Positions 52,013 to 63,062 of a DNA stretch of 64,000 nt are shown here, one piece after another; the stretch's first letter is position 1; every line of letters begins with the position of its first letter. This DNA comes from Eubacteriales bacterium (GTDB lineage Bacteria; Bacillota; Clostridia; Oscillospirales; CAG-272). The stretch spans positions 9,911-73,910 of the forward strand of contig JAZNFP010000059.1 in the NCBI GenBank assembly GCA_045576095.1. Reading direction: 5' to 3'. Below the pieces are notes generated by a model. That model did no database searches. It was not told the DNA's origin and saw only the letters and a list, made by a program, of their open reading frames with translations. The position numbers and the translations under genes are program-made.

Positions 52013-52161
52013 GCCCTTTTCAGATGTTTTTTTTATTTTTTTGCTAAAATACACCATCTTTTAAGGATTAAAACCAATTCTTTCCTGTTTTTTGTTCCAA
52101 AATTCACAAAAATGCGCTTGATTTCGACCGTTTTGTACATTCTGCATAATCAAATCGGGCT

Positions 52162-53772
52162 TTAATCCTTTGAAAGCTTCGAGGCGACTATCTTTGAAAA
52201 GAATGGCAAATGTACCAAATCCCTCGGCAAAATCGCCCGAAACAAGGGCAATAACACAAGATAACTGAGACAGGAAAACGTCAGAAGCGTGAGCGTGAGC
52301 GCAACACCGGTAAGTCGATCACCGAGCCCCCTCAAAAACAGAACCGAAAGGAACGCCGAGAGCGATGCGGCGAGAAAGGGTCTGGTAAAGAAATCAAGAA
52401 TGGACGGAAGCTCACCGAGCGTTCTTCTGATCTCAAGCAAATTCAGAACGGCGGCGGTTGCATAGCAGGCAACGCTACCGATAACCGCACCGTATATTCC
52501 GAAAACAGGATTCCCGATTAGAAGGAATCCGATGCTCACCTTAACCGCGGCACCGACCGACATGGAACGCAAGGTGGCGCCGCATTTCCCGTTTGCTTCA
52601 AGAATGGCACTCGTCACGTTGCAAAGTCCGAAAAAGAAGATGGATGGAGAAAGTGCTGCAAGGATCGGTGCCGCGACAGCGGCGCTTGTGGGGTCAAAAA
52701 CGAGCGAGAGAATGCGTTTTCCGAAAAGCGCCAAAAGCATCATGGCAGGCAAGGTCAGTATGGAAACGAAGCGGAGCGCGGTTGCGGACAGCTCCCCTGC
52801 CCTTTCACGGTTTCCTCTCGCCAGCTCTGCGGAAAGATAAGGGACGAGCGATGACGTGATCGGCGAAATCAGAATCGCGGGAACGTGCGATACGGGAACA
52901 ACGAGCGTCGAATAGTTTCCGAACAGAGCGGTTGCCTCCTTAACGCTGTATCCGGCCTTGGGAAGAAGATTCATGATGAAGGTCAGATCGATCAGGTTCG
53001 TCAGTCCTGCAACCGACGCGCTGAGTGTGATCGGAAGCGCAATCACAAGCAGTGCCCGAAGCTCGCCGCCTTCGGTGCGGACCTCTCCCCCTGCCTTAGG
53101 CGTACATACCGTTCTTCCGTCAAGGAAGGCGAGGATGGCAAGATACGCGGTTCCGAGCATCGTACCGAGGGTGACACCGAGAATCGCATATGCGGCGATG
53201 ACGCTTACGCTTTCACCGCGACGGGCTGCGTAACTGCCGAAAAGCATCCCGAGCACAAGTTTTCCGCCCGCCTCGAGAAGCTGCGACACGGCGGTTGGCA
53301 GCATCTGCCGACGGCCTTGAAAATATCCGCGTATCCCACCGGAGATTGCTACGAACAGCAAGGTAGGGGCGATCGCAAAGATTGACGCTCGACTGCCGAC
53401 ACTTCCAATGCTCCCGGCAAGCCATCCGGAAAACAGGAGCATTCCGAGACTCCCGATCGCCCCCACGAAAAACAGTGTCAGCATCGCAACGCGGAAGATG
53501 GATCGAACGCGAGCTTCGTCGCCTCTCTCACTCGCATTGGAGATCAGAATGGACAGAGCGACGGGAAGCCCTGCCGTGGCTATGATATACAGCCATCCGT
53601 AAATCGTGTATGCGGAATTGAAATAGCCCATCCCCTCGTCTCCGAGAAGATGCGAGAGCGGAATCTTAAAGAGCAGACCGATCATCTTGACCGATAAGCT
53701 TGCAGCGGATAAAACGAGAACGCCGGAAAGAAGGGACGGTCCGTTTCTCTTTCGATCAGACATAAAAAGCAC
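52162..53772 (-). CDS. MOP-superfamily polysaccharide/lipid-II-type flippase (SpoVB/YabM-like)
   Basis: About 14 TM segments. ...SVKMIGLLFKIPLSHLLGDEGMGYFNSAYTIYGWLYIIATAGLPVALSILIS... It sits in a yabM-like position upstream of hup-yabO-yabP-yabQ. Confidence 0.85.
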   Translation of the reverse strand: MLFMSDRKRNGPSLLSGVLVLSAASLSVKMIGLLFKIPLSHLLGDEGMGYFNSAYTIYGWLYIIATAGLPVALSILISNASERGDEARVRSIFRVAMLTLFFVGAIGSLGMLLFSGWLAGSIGSVGSRASIFAIAPTLLFVAISGGIRGYFQGRRQMLPTAVSQLLEAGGKLVLGMLFGSYAARRGESVSVIAAYAILGVTLGTMLGTAYLAILAFLDGRTVCTPKAGGEVRTEGGELRALLVIALPITLSASVAGLTNLIDLTFIMNLLPKAGYSVKEATALFGNYSTLVVPVSHVPAILISPITSSLVPYLSAELARGNRERAGELSATALRFVSILTLPAMMLLALFGKRILSLVFDPTSAAVAAPILAALSPSIFFFGLCNVTSAILEANGKCGATLRSMSVGAAVKVSIGFLLIGNPVFGIYGAVIGSVACYATAAVLNLLEIRRTLGELPSILDFFTRPFLAASLSAFLSVLFLRGLGDRLTGVALTLTLLTFSCLSYLVLLPLFRAILPRDLVHLPFFSKIVASKLSKD

Positions 53773-53818
53773 CGCCTCTCGATGAATTTACATCAAGTAT
53801 ATGCGGTGCCAATAGAAA

Positions 53819-54730
53819 TTAACCGATAAATTCTCTGAATAATGAATCGGAAGGAAGATACGCGTCGGAGATTTCGGGCAAGGCGGAAAGAATCTCAAGG
53901 TACCTTGTCGCAGCCTCTGCATGTCGACTCTTTTGGGGAATCGTTTGCAGCAGCACCTTTGCCATCGGCGCAATCATATAAAGCTCATACTCAAGATAAG
54001 AGTTAATCCGATACTGTACGTCAAAAAGATTCGGAAAAATATTCTTCTCCTCATTGGCGCGCACCGTCTCCCAAATGGTGAAGGTGAATTCAGGCGTTGC
54101 GCTTCGGAATTTTGAATCTCGTACAAGACGGCGCAAGAACCGAACGTCGGTTGCACAAAGGGGTCTGTCACCGACCGAAAGCTCAATCTCCGGGCAAACG
54201 AAAAGAGAAACGAAGGGAGTGCCCCGAAAGCAGGCTGTAACCTCGGGATATACCGCTTGAATTCCCTCAATTAAATATATGTCTCGCTCCGAGGTCGCTT
54301 CGAGTTCACGAAACCCGACGCGCTTGCCCTCCCGGAAGCTAAAGATCGGAATCCGATGACTTCGCTTGGAAACGATCGCACCGATTGCCTCGGAAAGCGC
54401 CTGAAAGTCAATCGTATCGGGAGAATCAAAGTCGGGGACTTCCCCGTTTTCCCGAGCGCGCCGGATCAAAAAATTACGGTCGAGAAAAAAGTCGTCAATT
54501 GAGATCACGTGTACCGAGTAGCCATGCTCCTCAAGCGCTTGCTCGAGCTTTGCCGAGCTCGTTGTCTTTCCGGCACAGCTCGGTCCCGAAACTGTTATCA
54601 GTCGGAGATTCTTTTGCTCGGCAATCCGATTAACGGTCTCGGAAAGGCGCGTGCGAAAGGCGCTCTCTCCCGATGCAACGATCGCTTTTTTCTCTTCCTC
54701 GCTTCGAAATTCCGTATATAGCTCTTTCAT
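53819..54730 (-). CDS. Uridine-kinase/PRK-family nucleoside kinase-like protein
   Basis: P-loop ...ITVSGPSCAGKTTSS... followed by ...ISIDDFFLDRN... and ...DIYLIEGIQAV... Confidence 0.7.
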   Translation of the reverse strand: MKELYTEFRSEEEKKAIVASGESAFRTRLSETVNRIAEQKNLRLITVSGPSCAGKTTSSAKLEQALEEHGYSVHVISIDDFFLDRNFLIRRARENGEVPDFDSPDTIDFQALSEAIGAIVSKRSHRIPIFSFREGKRVGFRELEATSERDIYLIEGIQAVYPEVTACFRGTPFVSLFVCPEIELSVGDRPLCATDVRFLRRLVRDSKFRSATPEFTFTIWETVRANEEKNIFPNLFDVQYRINSYLEYELYMIAPMAKVLLQTIPQKSRHAEAATRYLEILSALPEISDAYLPSDSLFREFIG

Positions 54731-54764
54731 TTACGGTAGCATACGCGAGAGATTTCGGTTGCTT

Positions 54765-56270
54765 TCAGGATTCCCTAAAAAAATCGATGATCTGACGAGC
54801 CTGCCGCTCTCGCTCCTCCTCAGAATATTTTTGCGCTTGTTCAAGATACTCATATGGATACTTCGGAGTGAAAAGGCGGACGATTCGACTCCGTCCGTCT
54901 CCGGGACGGCGGTAATCAACAAGCTTGGTGACAGCACCGGCGCCGACGGCAAAGATTGAATGCAGCTCCTCCATCATAAAGATATTGTACATTCCCTCCG
55001 AGCCTTCCCTGGCATATCCGACGTTCTCAAGGTTGCCGACCGTATTTTTTTGGCGATACATATAATAAGGTTTGTACCCTGCGAACTTTGTCTTCAGCTG
55101 TGAGTAGGAAACGCATTTTGCCGCATCCCCTCCCAAAAGCGAATACACACCGCTGTTTTCCCGAAGCACATCCGCCGCCTTTTTGACACAGAAGGTATGT
55201 ACCGTGATATTAGAGGGTCCAAGCTCGATGATCTTATCTACAGAATATGCAAAATTTGCAAAATTGTCGTTCGGAAGTCCTGCGATCAAATCGACGTTGA
55301 TATCCTTGATTCCCGATTCCAGCGCAATTTCATAGGCACGGAAGAAATCACTCACGGTATGTCTGCGTCCGATTGAGTCCAAAATGTCGTCCGAAAGAAT
55401 CTGGGGATTGACGCTGATCCTTGTAACACCGTATTCCCTTGCAATCGCGAGCTTCTCCGCGGTAATGGTATCGGGGCGTCCCGCCTCGAGCGTAAACTCC
55501 ATCAACGATGCGGGATCCACGTGTCTTGAAATCTCGGAGAGCAAATAGCGGAGCTGATCCGGGGAGAGCGTTGTCGGCGTTCCGCCGCCAATATAAACGG
55601 TGGCCACTCGCTTTCCGAGTACCCGAATCGTCTCGAACATTCTTGCCATATCGGCGGCAAGGGTTTTAAGATAGTCGGGAATCAAAGACAAAAGCTTTCC
55701 GGACGTGTAAGAAACGAAAGAGCAATACGCGCATCTGGACGGACAGAACGGGATAGAAACGTAAACGCTGCACAGGTCGCTTGCAAGATTCTTCGTGAGC
55801 TTCATCTCATTGGATGCAACGCTGACGGCAAGATTTGCCTTCTGCGGATTTAAGAAATACTCGTCGCGCAGAATCTTTCTGGATTTCAGAATTCCCCGTC
55901 CCGTATACAGAAGCTCCGAGGCAACCTTCGACGGACGGACACCGGTTAAAATCCCCCAGGGCGGAATATGCCCGAACATCGCCTTTCCCGCACCGAAAAC
56001 GGCACGCCCCTCGGCAACCTTTGCAACACGGTCACCGACGATATTCTCGTCGGGAAAAACCGTTTCCTGCGCCTCGGTTGTCTTCCCTCGGTAGGTCATG
56101 ACGGCGTGCGCGTGCTTTCCGTTTGGCAAAACGTCGCTGACGTCAAGTGAAACGATCGGCGTATCGGGCGTAACCTCCTCGCCCTCGGAGAACTTTGCGC
56201 CGGGAAAAAACACCATACAAAGCGTCTGGACGTAGTAACGATTGATCTCGCCTGTCAGATGCAGAATCAT
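54765..56270 (-). CDS. hemZ: Radical-SAM coproporphyrinogen-dehydrogenase-family protein (HemZ-like)
   Basis: CxxxCxxC radical-SAM cluster motif in ...YVSIPFCPSRCAYCSFVSY... The ~500-aa length and N-terminal extension are typical of HemZ. Confidence 0.8.
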   Translation of the reverse strand: MILHLTGEINRYYVQTLCMVFFPGAKFSEGEEVTPDTPIVSLDVSDVLPNGKHAHAVMTYRGKTTEAQETVFPDENIVGDRVAKVAEGRAVFGAGKAMFGHIPPWGILTGVRPSKVASELLYTGRGILKSRKILRDEYFLNPQKANLAVSVASNEMKLTKNLASDLCSVYVSIPFCPSRCAYCSFVSYTSGKLLSLIPDYLKTLAADMARMFETIRVLGKRVATVYIGGGTPTTLSPDQLRYLLSEISRHVDPASLMEFTLEAGRPDTITAEKLAIAREYGVTRISVNPQILSDDILDSIGRRHTVSDFFRAYEIALESGIKDINVDLIAGLPNDNFANFAYSVDKIIELGPSNITVHTFCVKKAADVLRENSGVYSLLGGDAAKCVSYSQLKTKFAGYKPYYMYRQKNTVGNLENVGYAREGSEGMYNIFMMEELHSIFAVGAGAVTKLVDYRRPGDGRSRIVRLFTPKYPYEYLEQAQKYSEEERERQARQIIDFFRES

Positions 56271-56305
56271 ATTTTCGCTATCCTTCCGTAGAAAAATGAA
56301 TATCC

Positions 56306-56764
56306 TTATCTCTTTTTCTGTTTCAGAACGTCCGTGTCCATCACGACGGTCACGGGACCGTCGGCAAGCATATCAAGCTGCATATCCGCACCGAACTCCC
56401 CCTGCGCACACGGCAGCATTTCCGATAGGATCTCGGTGAATCGGTGATAGAGCTTATTGGCAATTTCGGGTGCCGCACCCGAAAAATAATCGGGGCGATT
56501 TCCATGCGTATAGTTTGCCGCAAGCGTGAAATTTGATACAACGAGTGCGCTTCCGCCAACGTCAAGAAGCGATCGGTTCAGACGACCGGCATCATCCGAA
56601 AAAATCCGAAGACGGGCGATTTTTTCGGCAAGCATACGTGCCTCGCCGTCGCCGTCGCCCTCCATGACACCGAGAAGAATGAGAAGACCGAAGCCGATCT
56701 CTCCAACGGCTTCCCCACGGACGTCAACTCTTGCGCGTCGAACTCTCTGAAGAACTGCTCGCAT
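56306..56764 (-). CDS. dtd: D-aminoacyl-tRNA deacylase
   Basis: MRAVLQRVRRARVDV...GFGLLILLGV...SNFTLAANYTHGNRPDF-like... An alternative GTG start is at 56773. Confidence 0.93.
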   Translation of the reverse strand: MRAVLQRVRRARVDVRGEAVGEIGFGLLILLGVMEGDGDGEARMLAEKIARLRIFSDDAGRLNRSLLDVGGSALVVSNFTLAANYTHGNRPDYFSGAAPEIANKLYHRFTEILSEMLPCAQGEFGADMQLDMLADGPVTVVMDTDVLKQKKR

Positions 56765-56765
56765 A

Positions 56766-58982
56766 TCAGGCACCGAATCCGCGCGAAACGGATACCACTC
56801 CTTGTACGGTTTTCAGCTTGGAGACGATCGAGTGGAAATGCCCGACGTTTTTACAGCCGACCTTCAGATTGATGATCGTCAGGCTTCCGTCCCCCTTTTG
56901 CGAGGAGGAAATGCTCATGATCGACACCTTCATATCGGCAAGCGCCTTTGTGATGCTCGCAAGAACGCCAATCTCGTCGTGGACAAAGACCTGAAGATTC
57001 GCCTCAAAGAGGTCGGCGGTACCGAGAATCCCAACGTCACTTTCCCAACGCGTATCCACCCAGCGCCCGTCATTTTCGGCCTTCCGTTTTCCGAGTGCAA
57101 CGTTCGGGCAGTCGGACTTGTGAACCGAAATACCGTATCCCTTTGTAACGAAGCCGATAATCTCGTCCCCGGGCAAAGGATTGCAGCATTTTGCGAACTT
57201 GACCTCGCATCCGTATTCACCGTCAATGATAATCCCGCTTTTTCTTTTCAGATTTCGAGGAGCCTCCACCGTACGAACGGCGAGCTCCTTCGGCTCCTCC
57301 GGCTCAACCGACTTGACAACCTTATCAAACTCATCCTTCAGACGTGTCGCAAGTCGGGAGATGGAAAGTCCGCCAAAGCCGATTGTGTTGTATAGATCAT
57401 CTGCTCCCTGAACGCCGACACGCTTGGCAACCGCCTCAACGACCTCGGTCCGTTCGGCATCCGTAAAGGGGCGGCCGTAGCGCTTAAGCTCCTTTTCCAC
57501 CTCGGCGCGGCCAAACTCGATATTCTCTGCTCTTTGCTCCTTTTTAAACCAGGAACGAATCTTGTTGCGCGCCTCACCCGTGCGGACAATTTTAAGCCAA
57601 TCGCGACTCGGTCCCCTTGAAGCGTTCGAGGTGATGATCTCAACGATCTCCCCGTTTTGAGGTACGCGTTCGATCGGAACGATCATACCGTTGATCTTGG
57701 CACCGACCATTTTGTTTCCGACCGCCGAATGAATGGCATAAGCGAAGTCAATGACCGTCGCGCCCTGCGGCAAGGAGATAACGTCGCCCTTCGGGGTAAA
57801 AACGAAGGTCTCGTCCTGAAAGATGTCGGTTTTGAAGGAATGCAGGAACTCGTCCGGGTCGCGCGTGCTGTCATCGGCCTCGAGAAGCTGGGAAATCCAA
57901 CGAAGCTTTGCGTCAATTTCCTCCTTGGCTGTCGTTCCCGACTTATACTTCCAATGCGCGGCGATACCGTATTCCGCAACCTGATGCATTTCGTGTGTGC
58001 GAATCTGAACCTCAAAAGGAATTCCGTCGTGCCCGATAACCGTCGTATGCAGTGAACGGTACATATTTGGCTTCGGAGTCGAGATATAGTCCTTAAAACG
58101 GCCGGGCATAGAATTGAACAGCTCGTGAATCAGCCCCAGAACCGTGTAGCACTCAAGCTCGGTTTCCACGATGATGCGAAGCGCGTAAAAATCGTAGATT
58201 TCATCCAGGCTTTTATTCTGCTTATACATCTTCCGATAGAGGCTGTAGACCGATTTCACTCGCCCCTCAAGGAGATATTCTATCCCGTTTTCGTCAAGGC
58301 GCTCGGAAATATTCCGCTTTGCATTCTCGATAAGATCCCGATTCTGCCCATATTTGGCATCAACCGAATCACTGATCTCGCCGTAGCCGATCGGATCAAG
58401 ATAGGAAAGGCTGAGATTCTCAAGCTCCTGCTTAATTCTTTGCATACCGAGACGGTGCGCCAGGGGGGCGTAGATATACATCGTCTCAAGGGCAATATCA
58501 CGGCGACGCTCCTCGCGCTTAACCCCCAACGTTCTCATGTTATGCAGACGATCGCAAAGCTTGATAAAAATCACGCGGATGTCCTTGGTCATGGCAAGGA
58601 GCATCTTGCGGATATTCTCAATATGCGCCTCCTCCTTATCAACCACCTGTACGCTGACAATCTTCGTCAGACCGTCAACGAGAAGCGCAACATCCTCCCC
58701 AAACATCTCGCAGATCGTCGAGAGATTGGTTTTGTCCGAGCAATCCTCAACGGTATCGTGAAGAAGCGCGGCGCAAATCGAATCGGTATCAAGACCAAGC
58801 CCGAAGGCGATCTCGGCAACGGCGACGGGATGGCAAACGTACGGCTCGCCGCTGAGACGGAACTGACCGTCGTGAAGCTGCTTGGCATAGAGGAAGGCAC
58901 GCTTGATTTTTTCAATGTTGTATTTGCTCTCGTCGCTTGGAAGAGCGCTGAGCAAGGGCAGAAGTTCTGTATACATATTCAC
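56766..58982 (-). CDS. rel: Bifunctional (p)ppGpp synthetase/hydrolase (Rel/RSH)
   Basis: HD hydrolase (...HPVAVAEI...LLHDTVEDC...), synthetase (...YRSLHTTV...EVQIRTHEMH...), TGS and ACT regions. An alternative ATG start is at 58976. Confidence 0.95.
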   Translation of the reverse strand: MNMYTELLPLLSALPSDESKYNIEKIKRAFLYAKQLHDGQFRLSGEPYVCHPVAVAEIAFGLGLDTDSICAALLHDTVEDCSDKTNLSTICEMFGEDVALLVDGLTKIVSVQVVDKEEAHIENIRKMLLAMTKDIRVIFIKLCDRLHNMRTLGVKREERRRDIALETMYIYAPLAHRLGMQRIKQELENLSLSYLDPIGYGEISDSVDAKYGQNRDLIENAKRNISERLDENGIEYLLEGRVKSVYSLYRKMYKQNKSLDEIYDFYALRIIVETELECYTVLGLIHELFNSMPGRFKDYISTPKPNMYRSLHTTVIGHDGIPFEVQIRTHEMHQVAEYGIAAHWKYKSGTTAKEEIDAKLRWISQLLEADDSTRDPDEFLHSFKTDIFQDETFVFTPKGDVISLPQGATVIDFAYAIHSAVGNKMVGAKINGMIVPIERVPQNGEIVEIITSNASRGPSRDWLKIVRTGEARNKIRSWFKKEQRAENIEFGRAEVEKELKRYGRPFTDAERTEVVEAVAKRVGVQGADDLYNTIGFGGLSISRLATRLKDEFDKVVKSVEPEEPKELAVRTVEAPRNLKRKSGIIIDGEYGCEVKFAKCCNPLPGDEIIGFVTKGYGISVHKSDCPNVALGKRKAENDGRWVDTRWESDVGILGTADLFEANLQVFVHDEIGVLASITKALADMKVSIMSISSSQKGDGSLTIINLKVGCKNVGHFHSIVSKLKTVQGVVSVSRGFGA

Positions 58983-61171
58983 TCACTCTTTAAAAGTTGG
59001 CTTCGAATTCTGCGAAGCAGATGCGATTTTTCAAGATCGGTCCGTCCGCACTGTGGGTCCATGGAGAAGCGATAGGTCTCTTCGGAAATTTCATCAAAAT
59101 CAAGCAATCCAAGCTCCTGCAGAATGCGAAGGATCAGCTTCAGACGAACGTACCCGATCTCCCCGGGAAGAATGGGATACAGACGAGAAAGGAGCGCTCG
59201 GTGGCTCATGCAGTCAACCCCGGAGCGGATCGAGGCGCGAAGAATCGAATACACGGCTCCGAAATGCTCGCGAGTCGGAAGAACCTTCTCCTCGGCAGTG
59301 TATTTTCCTCCGCCCCAAATCTCCTCAAAACGAACGCGCTCCGCTGCTCTTTGACGCTCGGCATCATCGGAGCGGCGGATATCCTTAACGATCATCTGAA
59401 GCGACCGTCTTCCTGCCCACTCATTGACGTCAAGAGTAAACAAAAGATCGGCCGTATCGCCAACGAGAAGATCGAGCGACGACGAGGGCATCCCAAAGCA
59501 CATCGCCTGGAGCGACACTCCTCCGTCACCGACGAGAAGCTTGGTATGTTTTCCTCCGCTGATCGGTACCATTTCGTTCACAACGACACCGCGAAGAACG
59601 AACGTGGGAACCGGATTGCCGGTTCCGAAGGGCTCCAGATACGAAAGCTCTTTCGCGAGCTCCATCGTCATCTCGGAAACCGAAAGCTCCGCATCGGCGT
59701 GTACCGTCTGAACAATCGACTCCTCGTTCAGCTGCTCCCTTGCATAAGCGTTAATCTCGCGGCGGAAGGTGTCGAGCATCCCGCGTGTCACGCTGAGTCC
59801 CGCCGCCAGCTCATGTCCGCCGAATTTGACAAGATTCCTGCCAACAGCCATCAACGCAGAGGCGAGATTCATCCCCTTGATGCTCCGCCCCGATCCCTTC
59901 CCAACGTCGGACGGCGCCTGCACGAGAGGGTCACACCCCTCAAAGGAGATCAAAATGGCGGGCAAGCCGTATTTTTCGGTAATCCGTGAGGCAACGATTC
60001 CGATGACACCGTGATGCCACTCGTCGGATGCCAAAACGATCACGGGATCGTTTTCGAAATCGTGCTCCTCTTCGATCTGCCGGTATGCCTCCTGCATAAT
60101 GCGGTTTTCCTCTGCCTGGCGCTCGCGGTTTGCCTCGCAAAGTGCATTGGCAAGCACCTCGGCATCCTCGAGATCCTCCGCTAAAAACAGCTCGACCGCC
60201 ATCGAGGCAGAACGAATACGCCCCGCCGCATTGATACGGGGTGCGATCGTATAGCCGACGTAGCCCGAGGTAATCGGCGGTGTCTTCGTTGCCCCGGACC
60301 GTGCATCCGCTTTCTTTGATACCGAGCGAATCAGCGCACGAAGCCCCGCGCGCTCGGTCCTTGAAATCTTGGAGAGACCGCATTTAACGATCAGACGGTT
60401 CTCCTCCTTGATAGGCATCACGTCAGCAATCGTGCCGATCGAGATCAAATCAGAATATTCGGATACAATCTGCTTGACTGCGGATATGCGGTCGCCTCCG
60501 CAAAAGCGCTCCTCGAGCGCACAAAGCAGCTTGAAGACGACACCGACTCCCGCAAGGTCCTTGAAAGGATACGTGCAATCGGGACGATGGGGATTGACGA
60601 CGGCAACAGCCTTCGGGATCGCCTTTTGGCACTCGTGATGATCGGTCACCACGACGTCAATCCCGAGTGTTTTGGCAAATTCAACCTCATCAACCGCCGT
60701 AATTCCCGTATCAACCGTTATCACAAGGCTGGTTCCGAGCAACGAGATTTTCTCAAGCGCACCGACCGAAACGCCGTATCCCTCACCGCTTCGGTTTGGA
60801 ATGTAATAATCGACCACAGCGCCGTGAGAACGGAGATACAGAAGCAAGGTACATACGGAGGTAACGCCGTCAACGTCGTAATCACCGTAAATCGTTATTC
60901 GTTCCTTCGACTCGATCGCCTCGAGAATCCTCGATACCGCCGCCTCCATATCCTTTAGTCGGAACGGATCGCCGAGAATTTCATTTTCAAGGCGCAAAAA
61001 GGATCGTGCGGCATCCGACGTTCGGTAGCCGCGGTTATAAAGGAGCCGTGCCAGGATCTCACCAATCCCAAGCTCCCTCGAAATGCTCGCACAGCAAAGG
61101 GAGGCATCTCCCGAGGGGGCTTGGCTGACAATCCAGCGCTTCTCCTTTTCGCGAGGAAGATTTTTGAGCAT
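58979..61171 (-). CDS. recJ: Single-stranded-DNA-specific exonuclease RecJ
   Basis: DHH motifs (...ITIYGDYDVDGVTS..., ...ITVDTGI..., ...VVTDHHEC...) and DHHA1 (...GGHELAAG...). Confidence 0.93.
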   Translation of the reverse strand: MLKNLPREKEKRWIVSQAPSGDASLCCASISRELGIGEILARLLYNRGYRTSDAARSFLRLENEILGDPFRLKDMEAAVSRILEAIESKERITIYGDYDVDGVTSVCTLLLYLRSHGAVVDYYIPNRSGEGYGVSVGALEKISLLGTSLVITVDTGITAVDEVEFAKTLGIDVVVTDHHECQKAIPKAVAVVNPHRPDCTYPFKDLAGVGVVFKLLCALEERFCGGDRISAVKQIVSEYSDLISIGTIADVMPIKEENRLIVKCGLSKISRTERAGLRALIRSVSKKADARSGATKTPPITSGYVGYTIAPRINAAGRIRSASMAVELFLAEDLEDAEVLANALCEANRERQAEENRIMQEAYRQIEEEHDFENDPVIVLASDEWHHGVIGIVASRITEKYGLPAILISFEGCDPLVQAPSDVGKGSGRSIKGMNLASALMAVGRNLVKFGGHELAAGLSVTRGMLDTFRREINAYAREQLNEESIVQTVHADAELSVSEMTMELAKELSYLEPFGTGNPVPTFVLRGVVVNEMVPISGGKHTKLLVGDGGVSLQAMCFGMPSSSLDLLVGDTADLLFTLDVNEWAGRRSLQMIVKDIRRSDDAERQRAAERVRFEEIWGGGKYTAEEKVLPTREHFGAVYSILRASIRSGVDCMSHRALLSRLYPILPGEIGYVRLKLILRILQELGLLDFDEISEETYRFSMDPQCGRTDLEKSHLLRRIRSQLLKSE

Positions 61172-61221
61172 AGCGTATATGAAACCGTGCAGAAGCGAAT
61201 ATCCGCCTCCGCCTTCCTATT

Positions 61222-62829
61222 TTAATCAACGTAATCGGGAGCATAGGTCCCGAGAATGGCAAGCGCCGTACGGTATCCGTCGGCGGCAGAGGATGTAATG
61301 CCTCCGGCGTACCCCGCCCCCTCACCGATGGGATAGACGTTCTCGGTTCCTACGGCAAGGCGGTGCTCGCCTCGCGTAATCCGAACCGCACAGCTCGTGC
61401 GCGTCTCAACTCCGGTCAAAAGCGCTTCCCTGTCCGCAAAGCCAAAAATGCGACGGTCAAACGCCGTCAGAGCGTGGCGAATCGAAGCGACCGCAAAGGA
61501 CGGGAGATATCGTTCGGGGGAAACCATACGCACGTCGCCGTCAAGATAGCTCGGACGGACACGACCAATCGCTCCACCCTCGGTTCCGTCAAGGAAATCG
61601 CCAACCGTTGTGCAAGGAGCGACGTATCGACCTCCACCGGCGCAAAACGCGGCAGACTCAAGGGATTCGCGAAAGGCGATCGCCCCTTCGACACTTCTCC
61701 CGTAATCCTCCGGGAATATCGAAACGGCAACGGCGGAATTCGCATTTTTCCCGTCTCTTGCATGATTCGACATCCCGTTGACGACAACGGTATTCTCCTC
61801 ACTCGCCGCAGCAACGACTTCGCCGCCGGGGCACATACAGAAGGTGTAAACACCTCGCGTATCGGTATCGCACGACAGCTGATACTCGGCATGACCGAGT
61901 GCGGGATGCTCGGCAAACCGTCCGTACATCGCACGGTCGATTTCCCTTTGCAAATGCTCAATCCGCATACCGACGGAAAAAGGCTTTGGTTCAATCGCAA
62001 AGCCGTCCGTGAGGAGACGGCGAAAAAGCGGGTTAGCGCTGTTTCCAACCGCCAGGACCAGGAGACCGCAGGAAAAATAGCCGCGCGTCGTTGAAACGCC
62101 GCGGACGACAGCACCGTCTCGGTCGATCGAGGTAACGGTCGTTTGATAGCAGATTTCTCCACCGAGAGACGTGATCCGTTGACAGAGCGCATGAACGACG
62201 CTGCGGAGAACGTCGGTACCGACGTGCGGCTTTGCCTGCCAAAGAATTTCCTCGGGAGCACCGAGATCAACAAAGGTGCGTAGGATTCGGGAGACGGCGG
62301 GATCGGAAATACGCGTCACGAGCTTACCGTCCGAAAAGGTACCGGCACCGCCGGCACCGAACTGAATATTCGTCTCGGGACAAAGCACGCGACTTGAGCG
62401 AAAGCTCTCATAAATCCGAACGCGCTCCTCAACAGGCGCGCCGCGCTCAAGAATCAAGGGAGCATACCCCGCCTCCGCGAGGCGCAACGCACAAAAAAGA
62501 CCTGCAGGACCTGCGCCAACGATCAACACGCGCCCACGAAGGCGCTTGTTCGGGCAAAAATCCGGTTCTTCCGCTTCAACGAGAGGTGAAATCTCATTGC
62601 GACGAAGATGCTCGTCGGGATAACGCAAAAAGGAGCCCGTCACGGCAACCGAGGCGACAAAGCAGACCTCGCTTTTTCGCCGAGCATCGACCGAACGGCG
62701 ATAAAGACGGAACACGGCATCCGACGGTAACGCGCCGAGATGCCGCAGCCTTCGTTTTGCCGCTTCAAACGCATCCGATTCATCAGCATCAAGCGACAGG
62801 CGAATTCGGTTTACCAGATAGGTGATCAT
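61222..62829 (-). CDS. NAD(P)/FAD-dependent oxidoreductase (COG2509-like)
   Basis: Dinucleotide-binding motif VLIVGAGPAGLFCALRLAEAGYAPLILERG following an ~85-aa N-terminal domain. Confidence 0.8.
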   Translation of the reverse strand: MITYLVNRIRLSLDADESDAFEAAKRRLRHLGALPSDAVFRLYRRSVDARRKSEVCFVASVAVTGSFLRYPDEHLRRNEISPLVEAEEPDFCPNKRLRGRVLIVGAGPAGLFCALRLAEAGYAPLILERGAPVEERVRIYESFRSSRVLCPETNIQFGAGGAGTFSDGKLVTRISDPAVSRILRTFVDLGAPEEILWQAKPHVGTDVLRSVVHALCQRITSLGGEICYQTTVTSIDRDGAVVRGVSTTRGYFSCGLLVLAVGNSANPLFRRLLTDGFAIEPKPFSVGMRIEHLQREIDRAMYGRFAEHPALGHAEYQLSCDTDTRGVYTFCMCPGGEVVAAASEENTVVVNGMSNHARDGKNANSAVAVSIFPEDYGRSVEGAIAFRESLESAAFCAGGGRYVAPCTTVGDFLDGTEGGAIGRVRPSYLDGDVRMVSPERYLPSFAVASIRHALTAFDRRIFGFADREALLTGVETRTSCAVRITRGEHRLAVGTENVYPIGEGAGYAGGITSSAADGYRTALAILGTYAPDYVD

Positions 62830-63062
62830 AAGGAAATACAGGTGTCACTCATAACGAAGGAAGCGGACGGAACGGTACCGTCTCCCTCGCTCTTCAAATA
62901 TTCTGCGTAATGAACGGTCAGCCAGATTCCGATCGAAACGGCAACGCAGGCGAGAAACAGAAGGATGCGGAGCAAAACGAAATGTAGGCGTTGCTTTTTG
63001 GGGAGTGACTCCTGCTTTTCCGTGGCTATTTTTCCATTAATGCCGTGATGTCTCTTATTCAT
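62826..63062 (-). CDS. Small single-pass membrane protein (78 aa)
   Basis: Overlaps the cdaA stop by 8 nt and the next gene's start by 4 nt. One TM helix (FVLLRILLFLACVAVSIGIWLTV). It occupies the position normally taken by cdaR. Confidence 0.45.
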   Translation of the reverse strand: MNKRHHGINGKIATEKQESLPKKQRLHFVLLRILLFLACVAVSIGIWLTVHYAEYLKSEGDGTVPSASFVMSDTCISL